Sequence record: OQ708376.1
Reading direction: 5' to 3' (one strand)
Length of the DNA stretch: 64,000 nt
Below the pieces are notes generated by a model. It had not been told where the DNA came from, searched no databases, and was given only the letters and a program-made list of their open reading frames with translations. The position numbers were made by a program, and so were the translations under genes. Positions 18,363 to 26,163 of this stretch are shown piece after piece (the first letter of the stretch is position 1; every line of letters begins with the position of its first letter).

Positions 18363-18451
18363 AACTATTTGACAGTACTAACCAGTAATGTATAATGTTT
18401 TACATAGAGCGGGGGAATAGTTCTCCCGTCAATAGTTTGGAGTAAAACATT

Positions 18452-18652
18452 ATGTCTATCGCTATCGCCCTGGTTGAAGTACTGAAAGAAGCTAAAGCCA
18501 ACCTTATCGATGTACAGATTAAGGAATTACAAAATGGTTTAATCGGCTGTACTTGTACCGCTGGTGGAGCGGCAGACTATCGGGAATTCGAATCACTTGA
18601 ATCGATGGTCCGTTATCTTACCATGATCGTAGAAGATTGGAGAATCATCTAA
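18452..18652 (+). CDS. hypothetical early protein
   Basis: cassette. Confidence 0.75.
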   Translation: MSIAIALVEVLKEAKANLIDVQIKELQNGLIGCTCTAGGAADYREFESLESMVRYLTMIVEDWRII

Positions 18653-18709
18653 CAAAAAAGAATAAAAAAAGGGATTGACTCCGGTCAGTCCCTTTGCTAT
18701 TATATACTC

Positions 18710-18750
18710 ATAGACAAAAACTAGCCCACTGGGTGCAGGAGTGTATCTAA
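18710..18750 (+). ncRNA. candidate small RNA S11
   Basis: TTGACT-17-TATTAT, then AGCCCACTGGGTGCAGGAGTGTATCTA. Confidence 0.45.
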
Positions 18751-18898
18751 AATATATAGTTAATAACGGTGAGTAACTATCTGCTGGTGGGGTGAAAACT
18801 ATTAATAAAAAAAGTATTGACAAAGTATATCAGTACTGCAATAATGTATCTCGTAGGGCGGCAATGGTGCGACGGCCCACAAAGTTAGGAGATTCAAA

Positions 18899-19231
18899 AT
18901 GAGTACTTCAATCGCTATCGTTAAAGCTTTCATCCGTACCAATGTTTCATCTGTATTCATCGACGGTCTGGATCGGGAAGTAGAATACTCAATCATTATC
19001 GCACAGACTGCAAACGGTGCTCGGTATATCCTTAATGATAGTGAAGCAAATCACTACTACTTCACTAAAGCTACTGGCTTTAAACGCATCGATGCTGACG
19101 TAGTATACACTAAGATGAATAAGCTGGTAGACAAGATTAACGCGAAAGGTACTATCGATTTACAGTACTGGACCGAAACCGATCCAGAATATGGATCTCA
19201 CCGCTACCTGAATCCAGGTATTAAAATGTAA
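18899..19231 (+). CDS. conserved phage hypothetical protein
   Basis: AGGAG RBS; IDLQYWTETDPEYGS C-terminus. Confidence 0.75.
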   Translation: MSTSIAIVKAFIRTNVSSVFIDGLDREVEYSIIIAQTANGARYILNDSEANHYYFTKATGFKRIDADVVYTKMNKLVDKINAKGTIDLQYWTETDPEYGSHRYLNPGIKM

Positions 19232-19320
19232 AAAGTACTTGCATAGTACTTAGAATCAAGTATAATGTTTTACATAGAGAGGGGGAAATGGTTCTCCCTC
19301 CTAAATTAAGGAGTTTTATC

Positions 19321-19722
19321 ATGACCTTCTCAATCAATTCCTTCGCTGACGTTTTAGTACTGGCTCGGACTTTCGGTAAAGATGCACTGGAGTACGCTGT
19401 AAGTAATGGTACTATCCAACCGGAACAGTGCCGCATCATTGGAAACTGCAAACGTTGGGCGGTATCCAATACTATTGCACTGGAAAACTTCCACGATGGC
19501 AACAATGAATATTCTGTTGATGTAGTATTCGAAGCCGTTGATCTCGGCGGTATCTATAATACTAACCTGAATGATGTGCGTATCGTTCGCACGGGGTTCG
19601 GTGCTTATGATGTATCTATTCGTGAAGCTATGAACACCGGATACATTAGCAAGGACTTACTTGCTCACATCATGCAGCTGTGTACGGAACGTAACGAAGC
19701 ACGCACTATCTTAGGACTGTAA
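19321..19722 (+). CDS. hypothetical early protein
   Basis: cassette and AAGGAG RBS. Confidence 0.75.
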   Translation: MTFSINSFADVLVLARTFGKDALEYAVSNGTIQPEQCRIIGNCKRWAVSNTIALENFHDGNNEYSVDVVFEAVDLGGIYNTNLNDVRIVRTGFGAYDVSIREAMNTGYISKDLLAHIMQLCTERNEARTILGL

Positions 19723-19790
19723 GCGTTACACATCACCAAACATCATAGGCCGCCTTGTAGCGGCCTTAACTATATCAGGAGGGCATACAT

Positions 19791-20000
19791 ATGTTCTATA
19801 CAGTATACAGCGTTCTAGGTACTATTGCAGGCGTACATGATAACGTCAATGATGCTATGCGTACAGTACTGCAACAGGTTCCACTAAAGCCTAAGACCAT
19901 TAAGCAGATGACAGCACGACTAACCAGGGCGACCGATGGCGTGGAAGTATGGCAGGACTACGGGGATACACAGATAATCGTTAGCGTAACGAAGGATTAA
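19791..20000 (+). CDS. hypothetical protein
   Basis: AGGAGG RBS. Confidence 0.7.
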   Translation: MFYTVYSVLGTIAGVHDNVNDAMRTVLQQVPLKPKTIKQMTARLTRATDGVEVWQDYGDTQIIVSVTKD

Positions 20001-20028
20001 TGCGTAAAGGGATCTAGTACTGATTCAG

Positions 20029-20094
20029 AAAAAAGTCAAGGCGTTTTTAAAATTATGCGTTAAAAAAATGCATAGGTAATCCCTTGACTTTTTT
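20029..20094. repeat. perfect 13-bp inverted repeat at region boundary
   Basis: AAAAAAGTCAAGG (20029-41) / CCTTGACTTTTTT (20082-94). Confidence 0.8.
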
Positions 20095-20249
20095 GAAATA
20101 AAAGGGATTGGACTATGGCAAAATGCGTAGGGGGCTAAAGGGCGGGTAACCTTAGCGACTTCGATAAAGGGGTATTACGAATAAAATGTTATTGACTTTT
20201 TATACAATTCATATATTATATGATTGATATTATTTTCAAGGGAGTCCCT

Positions 20250-20447
20250 ATGCGTATTTTAACTCAAGCAGAACACCACGAAAGACTTATCAATAACATG
20301 GCTATGATAATGTATAAGTCACATGAACGTGGTATTTCCTATAAGCGTGAATTAATTATGGCACTATTCATTGGAACTAACTTTCAGGAAAGGTATGTCA
20401 AGGATTGGATTTGGTATTTAATTGAAGATGTAACGAGTAAACTATGA
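20250..20447 (+). CDS. GTNYQ-family paralogue 1
   Basis: FIGTNFQE. Confidence 0.85.
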   Translation: MRILTQAEHHERLINNMAMIMYKSHERGISYKRELIMALFIGTNFQERYVKDWIWYLIEDVTSKL

Positions 20448-20644
20448 AAATGCGTAAATTAACCGAAAAAGAATATCAAGCACTGTTACGTAAAAACTTC
20501 ACAAAGATTTATAATACAGACACACACGTAGAACGAATGGAGTTATACCTTTTGATTACATTGGGAACAAACTATCAGGGTAGATGGGTGTGGCAATATA
20601 TGGATACATTGAAAAATAAAATATTGTCCACGAGGAAACAATGA
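20444..20644 (+). CDS. GTNYQ-family paralogue 2
   Basis: LGTNYQG; ATGA coupling. Confidence 0.85.
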   Translation: MKMRKLTEKEYQALLRKNFTKIYNTDTHVERMELYLLITLGTNYQGRWVWQYMDTLKNKILSTRKQ

Positions 20645-20850
20645 AAACTATAACACGAACCCAATCATACGGTCTTATCTTGAAATACATGGACTTAATG
20701 GTGGATATCAGCAAAGACCTTCCTAAAACTGAAATTGAAGTTGCAAGAGCAGAGATCCGCATGTTGGCTGTACTGAACACAAACCATCAGGAAGATTATG
20801 TTGAAGAATGGATTCGATTTTTAATAGAAGATATAAAGAGTAAACTATGA
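20641..20850 (+). CDS. GTNYQ-family paralogue 3
   Basis: LNTNHQE. Confidence 0.85.
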   Translation: MKTITRTQSYGLILKYMDLMVDISKDLPKTEIEVARAEIRMLAVLNTNHQEDYVEEWIRFLIEDIKSKL

Positions 20851-21062
20851 TTATTATAGAAAACTCATATCAATATACTGAACGCATCGCTGCCAGACAA
20901 CTTGAAATCCTCATAATATACGAAGAGACTTCTGATTTAAACTTAGCCGAGGTATTGGAAAATGAAATACTTTTGGGTGCATTCTTAGGAACAGACTATC
21001 AGAAGTATTATGAGGAAAAGTATTTGTCATCTCTTGAGAAATATATCAGGAGCAAATTATGA
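20847..21062 (+). CDS. GTNYQ-family paralogue 4
   Basis: FLGTDYQK. Confidence 0.85.
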   Translation: MIIIENSYQYTERIAARQLEILIIYEETSDLNLAEVLENEILLGAFLGTDYQKYYEEKYLSSLEKYIRSKL

Positions 21063-21271
21063 TTTTTTTAACACCAGAAGAATATAAGAAACGTTTCAAT
21101 TCCGCACAGGGTGAAATCTTACTTATATACCTTTCAAATGCAGACCTTAACTTATCAAGGGTATTAGAAAAAGATTTACTTATGGGTGCATTCCTTGATA
21201 CAGACTTTCAGGTGTATTATGTAGGGGAATACTTAATTGCACTTCAGAATTATATCAGGAGTAAACTATGA
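21059..21271 (+). CDS. GTNYQ-family paralogue 5
   Basis: FLDTDFQV. Confidence 0.85.
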   Translation: MIFLTPEEYKKRFNSAQGEILLIYLSNADLNLSRVLEKDLLMGAFLDTDFQVYYVGEYLIALQNYIRSKL

Positions 21272-21495
21272 AACATTTAAGTAATATTGAGAAGATGAGA
21301 ATTATCATTGATGCATTAAACAAATACGATACCCTTTTACAAATAAAAGGTTTAACTCGATTGGAACACAAGATAAACACCACCGATGTACGCATGATGG
21401 CTGTACTGGGGACGAACTTCCAGGAAGAGTATGTTATTGCACACATAGTTGCACTCAAGAATTACATTATGGACAAATGTAATGAACATCATTAA
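21268..21495 (+). CDS. GTNYQ-family paralogue 6
   Basis: VLGTNFQE. Confidence 0.85.
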   Translation: MKHLSNIEKMRIIIDALNKYDTLLQIKGLTRLEHKINTTDVRMMAVLGTNFQEEYVIAHIVALKNYIMDKCNEHH

Positions 21496-21706
21496 TAACT
21501 TTGAATACGAGGCCCGTGCTAAGAGTGCCAGAAAAAAAGAGAACACCATTTACTTCACTATGATGTACTTACAATGGACTGAAATTGAAGAAAAGGTTGC
21601 TGAAGTATGGATGTTGGAATTCATGGGGACGCAGTATCAGAATAGGTTTGCGGGTGAGTATATCAATGTTCTTATGAAACAAATAGAAAGAAAGGAAAAG
21701 AACTAA
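21482..21706 (+). CDS. GTNYQ-family paralogue 7
   Basis: FMGTQYQN. Confidence 0.85.
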   Translation: MNIINNFEYEARAKSARKKENTIYFTMMYLQWTEIEEKVAEVWMLEFMGTQYQNRFAGEYINVLMKQIERKEKN

Positions 21707-21864
21707 TGGTTTTCATTAACATATCTGACCAACTCGATACTAAACTAGAAGTCGAGCAGAGTGAGGGATGGATGCTGTACTTTCTTGGAACTTCTCATCA
21801 AAATTTTTATATCCATGAACACATAGTTGCACTCACAAATCTAATAAGGGATAAATGTAAATGA
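21706..21864 (+). CDS. GTNYQ-family paralogue 8 (52 aa, N-terminally short)
   Basis: FLGTSHQN; below track cutoff. Confidence 0.75.
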   Translation: MVFINISDQLDTKLEVEQSEGWMLYFLGTSHQNFYIHEHIVALTNLIRDKCK

Positions 21865-22118
21865 AACACTTGACGAACGATGAATATTCACTTAGAATTC
21901 GAAAGCTCACCCCAGAAGCAAGAGTAATCTACGATGACGGTGAACTTTCATGGAACGAGATGAAAGTTAAAGTTCATGAGCTATGGTTGCTGTACTTTGT
22001 GGGAACCCAATATCAAGAGAAATATTGTACCGATTATCTTGAACAACTAATGGATCTTATACAGATAAAACTAAATGAACGAATTGTGGAAAAATATGAA
22101 GACTTTATCAAGCACTGA
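21861..22118 (+). CDS. GTNYQ-family paralogue 9
   Basis: FVGTQYQE. Confidence 0.85.
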   Translation: MKHLTNDEYSLRIRKLTPEARVIYDDGELSWNEMKVKVHELWLLYFVGTQYQEKYCTDYLEQLMDLIQIKLNERIVEKYEDFIKH

Positions 22119-22347
22119 GTATCAGACTGCCCTCTTCTCCCTTCTAAACACTCTCCGCACGAACAATAAACTTTATAATTCCCGTGAAGCTGATATCGTC
22201 AACGGTGATGTTTATCTTATGAAATTCATTGGAACAAACTATCAAGAACTGTTCACTCAACGATATATCTCTGCACTGAGAAACGAAATATCAGATAAAA
22301 CCCGCCAAGCCAGAAGAGAATGGAAGAGACAATGCAACAAAGACTAA
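22096..22347 (+). CDS. GTNYQ-family paralogue 10
   Basis: FIGTNYQE. Confidence 0.85.
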   Translation: MKTLSSTEYQTALFSLLNTLRTNNKLYNSREADIVNGDVYLMKFIGTNYQELFTQRYISALRNEISDKTRQARREWKRQCNKD

Positions 22348-22583
22348 ATCACAAAATGTATTTTAAACTATTACAGAATCTGGGACAAAAACACTATGAT
22401 ACAGTATCTGAAATATTACCCTATGATATCATGCGTTTAATTCATAGTGAGGCAGAGATGCTTGTACTGATGACAGGCACTGATAAAACAGCAATTACCA
22501 AATCTATAGATATGTTCATCGATGCACACTGCCAACACATTAGAACCGAGATATGGAGACGTGAGAATGAAAATCCTGACTGA
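22320..22583 (+). CDS. GTNYQ-family paralogue 11 (divergent)
   Basis: EMLVLMTGTDKT. Confidence 0.7.
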   Translation: MEETMQQRLNHKMYFKLLQNLGQKHYDTVSEILPYDIMRLIHSEAEMLVLMTGTDKTAITKSIDMFIDAHCQHIRTEIWRRENENPD

Positions 22584-22782
22584 GCATGAGTATTACAATA
22601 GGTTAAGAACTATACAAGGAAAAGTCTCGTGGACTTTTTTAGATAATTCTATTGCAGAAGCGGACCGATGTGTTATAATAGCTGAAATGAAGCTATTACT
22701 CTTCATTGGGACAAACTATCAAAGTATCTACATAGACGCATGGTTAAGCAGCTTACGTCTGAAGTCGGTGAGTTTAAAATGA
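22567..22782 (+). CDS. GTNYQ-family paralogue 12
   Basis: FIGTNYQS. Confidence 0.85.
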   Translation: MKILTEHEYYNRLRTIQGKVSWTFLDNSIAEADRCVIIAEMKLLLFIGTNYQSIYIDAWLSSLRLKSVSLK

Positions 22783-22997
22783 GAAAATTAATAGGTTTCG
22801 AATATGTTAAGCTTCTACAAACCTGTGGAATCAGAAGGAGAATGATTCAAAAGGATAAAAGAATTGCCGAAGAACGAAAGTATATAATGATAACTGAACT
22901 TTATGTCTTAACACTCTTAGGCACAAACTATCAACACACTTATGTAGACCTATGGATCGATGCACTACAGAAAGAGGTTAAAAGTAAATGCAAATGA
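22779..22997 (+). CDS. GTNYQ-family paralogue 13
   Basis: LLGTNYQH. Confidence 0.85.
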   Translation: MRKLIGFEYVKLLQTCGIRRRMIQKDKRIAEERKYIMITELYVLTLLGTNYQHTYVDLWIDALQKEVKSKCK

Positions 22998-23206
22998 TTA
23001 ATTTAAGTAAAGACGAATTTTATGTTATACTGGCGAAAACTTATCCAGCACGTAAGGCCGTTTATGATAGTAACATTATTGAACCCTCAAAGAAGTTGAT
23101 TTTAGTAAATGAGATAAAGATGCTTTCAGTCTTAGGGACAAACTATCAAGAGAATGCTGTACTGATGTTAATTGATGCCCTCCAGCGAGAGGTTAAACGT
23201 AAATGA
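22988..23206 (+). CDS. GTNYQ-family paralogue 14
   Basis: VLGTNYQE. Confidence 0.85.
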   Translation: MQMINLSKDEFYVILAKTYPARKAVYDSNIIEPSKKLILVNEIKMLSVLGTNYQENAVLMLIDALQREVKRK

Positions 23207-23433
23207 AAATGATTCATTTAACTTACCATGAATATCAAAAACGTTTAAATGCATCCAGAGATATAAGGATTCAAATATTCAATAACAAAAGATTGAAGCC
23301 TGATATCAGAAAAATCAAAATTATAGAAGCAGAGTTATGCAACTTTCTAGGGACCAACTATCAGGCAGGTAAGGTAAAAAACTATCTTAGAGAACTAATG
23401 AATAGTATTGAAAATAAATGTAAGGGTAATTAA
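23203..23433 (+). CDS. GTNYQ-family paralogue 15
   Basis: FLGTNYQA. Confidence 0.85.
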   Translation: MKMIHLTYHEYQKRLNASRDIRIQIFNNKRLKPDIRKIKIIEAELCNFLGTNYQAGKVKNYLRELMNSIENKCKGN

Positions 23434-23434
23434 C

Positions 23435-23674
23435 ATGAAAATGATTAAATTATCTCAAGCAAAATATAAAGAACGCCTGGTGAAAATTGCACCTGGACTT
23501 AATGAAATCCATCACGGAGAAGTCATTAAACACGGAAATAAGATGATTATGAAACTTGAGTTAAAGGTGGGTGCATTCATAGGAACAAACTATCAGGAGT
23601 ATTATGTAGATGAATACATAATCGCACTTAAGAGATACATTGGAAGAAAACTATATCTACAAACTAAAGAATAG
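23435..23674 (+). CDS. GTNYQ-family paralogue 16
   Basis: FIGTNYQE. Confidence 0.85.
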   Translation: MKMIKLSQAKYKERLVKIAPGLNEIHHGEVIKHGNKMIMKLELKVGAFIGTNYQEYYVDEYIIALKRYIGRKLYLQTKE

Positions 23675-23703
23675 TATTGAAAATAAATGTGAGGTTGATG
23701 AAC

Positions 23704-23967
23704 ATGCAAATGATCAATTTAAGTAAAGATGAATATACCGAGCGTATGACAAAAATTACGCACAAACGTAATACAATCTATCACAACCCAGAAATTCAAC
23801 ACAGTAAGAAAATGATTATGATGCGTGAGTTAAAGATGGGTGTATTCTTAGGAACAAACTATCAAGATACAGAAGTAAATCGCTTAATCGCGGAGTTACT
23901 ACTGGAAATCAGAGGTAAGCTGTACTTTCATCAAATGACCCAACCACTGAGGTGTACTGATCGATGA
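23704..23967 (+). CDS. GTNYQ-family paralogue 17
   Basis: FLGTNYQD. Confidence 0.85.
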   Translation: MQMINLSKDEYTERMTKITHKRNTIYHNPEIQHSKKMIMMRELKMGVFLGTNYQDTEVNRLIAELLLEIRGKLYFHQMTQPLRCTDR

Positions 23968-24215
23968 ATACTATGAATAAAATTAATAAAATCGACTTAG
24001 CAGAAAGTTTTGCCAGAATGGGGGAAGCTCTGAAAAGATACGAAAAGGAATATGGTCATTTAAGCTTTTCTATAGAAAAGAGATATGAACTGGAAACAGA
24101 GTTTAAAATGCAGAGTCTCTTAGGAACACAATATCAAACAAGATATGTTCAAACTTGGATTGATTGTTTAATCCAGACAATTCATGTAAGGAACATTAAA
24201 TGCAAAATGAAATGA
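23964..24215 (+). CDS. GTNYQ-family paralogue 18
   Basis: LLGTQYQT. Confidence 0.85.
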   Translation: MNTMNKINKIDLAESFARMGEALKRYEKEYGHLSFSIEKRYELETEFKMQSLLGTQYQTRYVQTWIDCLIQTIHVRNIKCKMK

Positions 24216-24454
24216 TATACTTAACCTATAATGAATACGTCGAGAGATTAGTTCGTGCCAAGAGATATACCAATAAACGTCCAATTGACCTAAACCAAAC
24301 CCCAGCAGAAAGGAGTGCAGAAGTATTATTCCAATCACTACCATATCTTCTGGGAACTGATAGACAAGAGGAATATGTTGCACGTATGATTAGATATCTT
24401 AAAATCACTATTAAGGAAAAAGTAAATGCAAATGAAATACTTAACAGACGATGA
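24200..24454 (+). CDS. GTNYQ-family paralogue 19
   Basis: LLGTDRQE. Confidence 0.85.
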   Translation: MQNEMIYLTYNEYVERLVRAKRYTNKRPIDLNQTPAERSAEVLFQSLPYLLGTDRQEEYVARMIRYLKITIKEKVNANEILNRR

Positions 24455-24677
24455 GTTAAAAGAACGACTAATTAAATCAAGAAAACATACAAATCAACTT
24501 CCAAACGACACAAACAAGTCTCCAGCGGAAAGGAGTGCAGAAGTTTTATACATTCAACTCATGTACTTTCTTGGCACTGACAGACAAGAGTATTACATTG
24601 AAAGTATGCTTCGATATCTTAAATTCTCTATAAAGGAAAAGATACATGATCAAGTATTTAAAAATCCTAACAGTTAA
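24426..24677 (+). CDS. GTNYQ-family paralogue 20
   Basis: FLGTDRQE; recent duplicate of 19 (PAERSAEVL). Confidence 0.85.
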   Translation: MQMKYLTDDELKERLIKSRKHTNQLPNDTNKSPAERSAEVLYIQLMYFLGTDRQEYYIESMLRYLKFSIKEKIHDQVFKNPNS

Positions 24678-24888
24678 TGAATATCATAAGATTGTAATGA
24701 AAACTAATAGTGATTACGCTAAAAAATCAAACCCAAAGTACATACTGGAACACACATTTGAAGAACGTCAATTAGCTTTAGTTGAAGCAAAACTTCTTGC
24801 ACTATTAGGAACAAACTATCAGGAAGAATACAATAGAAAACTAATATACCTTTTAACTAAACATATAAGAAAAAGAAAAAATGCATGA
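24646..24888 (+). CDS. GTNYQ-family paralogue 21
   Basis: LLGTNYQE. Confidence 0.85.
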   Translation: MIKYLKILTVNEYHKIVMKTNSDYAKKSNPKYILEHTFEERQLALVEAKLLALLGTNYQEEYNRKLIYLLTKHIRKRKNA

Positions 24889-25115
24889 AACACTTGACAG
24901 ATGATGAACATGGGCTTATAGTAATGGATGTAATCAACATCGAATACAAAAAGTTGATACGCTATCGTTGTTATGAAGATAAGCAACTCGTTCTAGCAGA
25001 ACAGAAGTTGTTTCGACTCTTAAACACAAACTACCAAGCACAATACGAAGAATCGTATATGTACCTTTTGGCGAGGAAAGCAAAAAGAGATTATGAAAAT
25101 TTTAAGCAAAGGTGA
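24885..25115 (+). CDS. GTNYQ-family paralogue 22
   Basis: LLNTNYQA. Confidence 0.85.
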   Translation: MKHLTDDEHGLIVMDVINIEYKKLIRYRCYEDKQLVLAEQKLFRLLNTNYQAQYEESYMYLLARKAKRDYENFKQR

Positions 25116-25314
25116 TTCAGTAATATTACTTATAGAGAGTTCAAGTAAATTCTTAAACATAACACTGTCTGATATAGATGAAGATGACAAAGAAGTACTG
25201 AGAGCAGATTTAAGAGTACTGTTACATATCGGAACAAACCTACAAGAAGAATATGTAGAGTGCTACATCAATGAACTTAAAGAATCAGTACTGAGAAAAT
25301 GCAAATGCAAATGA
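25093..25314 (+). CDS. GTNYQ-family paralogue 23
   Basis: HIGTNLQE. Confidence 0.85.
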   Translation: MKILSKGDSVILLIESSSKFLNITLSDIDEDDKEVLRADLRVLLHIGTNLQEEYVECYINELKESVLRKCKCK

Positions 25315-25532
25315 AAATCATTACCGATGTAGAATACCTAACAATCATAAATGGACTGTTTTTGAAGCTCTTCGTCATTAACACATCAGATATACCAGAT
25401 ATGGATAAAATTATTAAGAGAAATGAAGTCTATGTTCTAGCTACCCTTGGAACGAACTATCAAGAACACGACATTAAAGATTATATTAATACACTTAAAC
25501 GAGCGATTGAACTAAAATGCCAAAACCACTAG
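25299..25532 (+). CDS. GTNYQ-family paralogue 24
   Basis: TLGTNYQE. Confidence 0.85.
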   Translation: MQMQMKIITDVEYLTIINGLFLKLFVINTSDIPDMDKIIKRNEVYVLATLGTNYQEHDIKDYINTLKRAIELKCQNH

Positions 25533-25732
25533 GAACAGCAGAATACATTGAACTCATGGGATTACACTTCTCATCCTTTCAGAAACTTATGCGAGAATCA
25601 AAGAATGATTTAGAATATACCATCAGAGGTTCCGATTTAAGAATGCTTCTCACCCTAGACACAGATTCCCAAGAGCGATTTGTCAATGAGCATATTAGAG
25701 CACTTTTAATGGAAATTAAAAGTAAACTATGA
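25517..25732 (+). CDS. GTNYQ-family paralogue 25
   Basis: TLDTDSQE. Confidence 0.8.
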   Translation: MPKPLGTAEYIELMGLHFSSFQKLMRESKNDLEYTIRGSDLRMLLTLDTDSQERFVNEHIRALLMEIKSKL

Positions 25733-25944
25733 AGATAATATCAAACCAAGAGTACTTGGCACTATTCAGGAAGAATAATCACAAATATATGGCACTTGAT
25801 TCAAGAACTGATATAAGTGAACTTGAAAAAAATCTTTTGCGTTCAGATATGATAGTACTGACACTCTTAGGAACACAGCATCAAGAGAGAACTGTTAATT
25901 CACACATAGGTATTCTTATACAGATTGTACAGGAAAAGATATGA
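25729..25944 (+). CDS. GTNYQ-family paralogue 26
   Basis: LLGTQHQE. Confidence 0.85.
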   Translation: MKIISNQEYLALFRKNNHKYMALDSRTDISELEKNLLRSDMIVLTLLGTQHQERTVNSHIGILIQIVQEKI

Positions 25945-26162
25945 GAATCATATCACAACAAGATATTCTTAAGTTCACAAGGGTTCATGCATCTGAATTT
26001 GATGCTATATTATCAAAAAGTTACAACAACCCTTATACACAAGATGTACATTACAGTGAATTATGGATGTATATACTTTTAGGTACAAATAAGCAAGAGC
26101 AAGCCGTACAGAAGTATTTGACAGCTTTACGTGATGCTACAGCTAATGGAGTATGTGTTTAA
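25941..26162 (+). CDS. GTNYQ-family paralogue 27
   Basis: LLGTNKQE. Confidence 0.85.
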   Translation: MRIISQQDILKFTRVHASEFDAILSKSYNNPYTQDVHYSELWMYILLGTNKQEQAVQKYLTALRDATANGVCV

Positions 26163-26163
26163 T

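Larger units (their letters stand above)
578..18790. other. cluster of 11 Chi octamers (GCTGGTGG)
   Basis: + strand 590, 6673, 10498, 11960, 13228, 15578, 16983, 18560, 18783; - strand 578, 6611. Confidence 0.85.
1650..19300 (+). promoter_or_regulatory. array of ~40 sigma70-type early promoters, about half followed by a 5' stem-loop and RBS
   Basis: AAAGTACTTGCA or TTGACA, 16-17 bp, TATAAT/CATAAT, then TTTTACATC and GGGGA..TCCCC hairpin (e.g. 1655, 2115, 3473, 7066, 9677, 13723, 17394, 19238). Confidence 0.9.

Noticed and set aside
1650-19300. CRISPR array interpretation of the repeated cassettes
   Set aside because: Repeats are promoters separated by genes of variable length, with no constant repeat-spacer period and no cas genes
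1681-19320. Track starts such as MFYIE.. or MVLP.. (1681, 2131, 4460, 6772, 8698, 16488, 19288)
   Set aside because: The ATG lies in the -10 box or 5' hairpin; the real start follows the RBS
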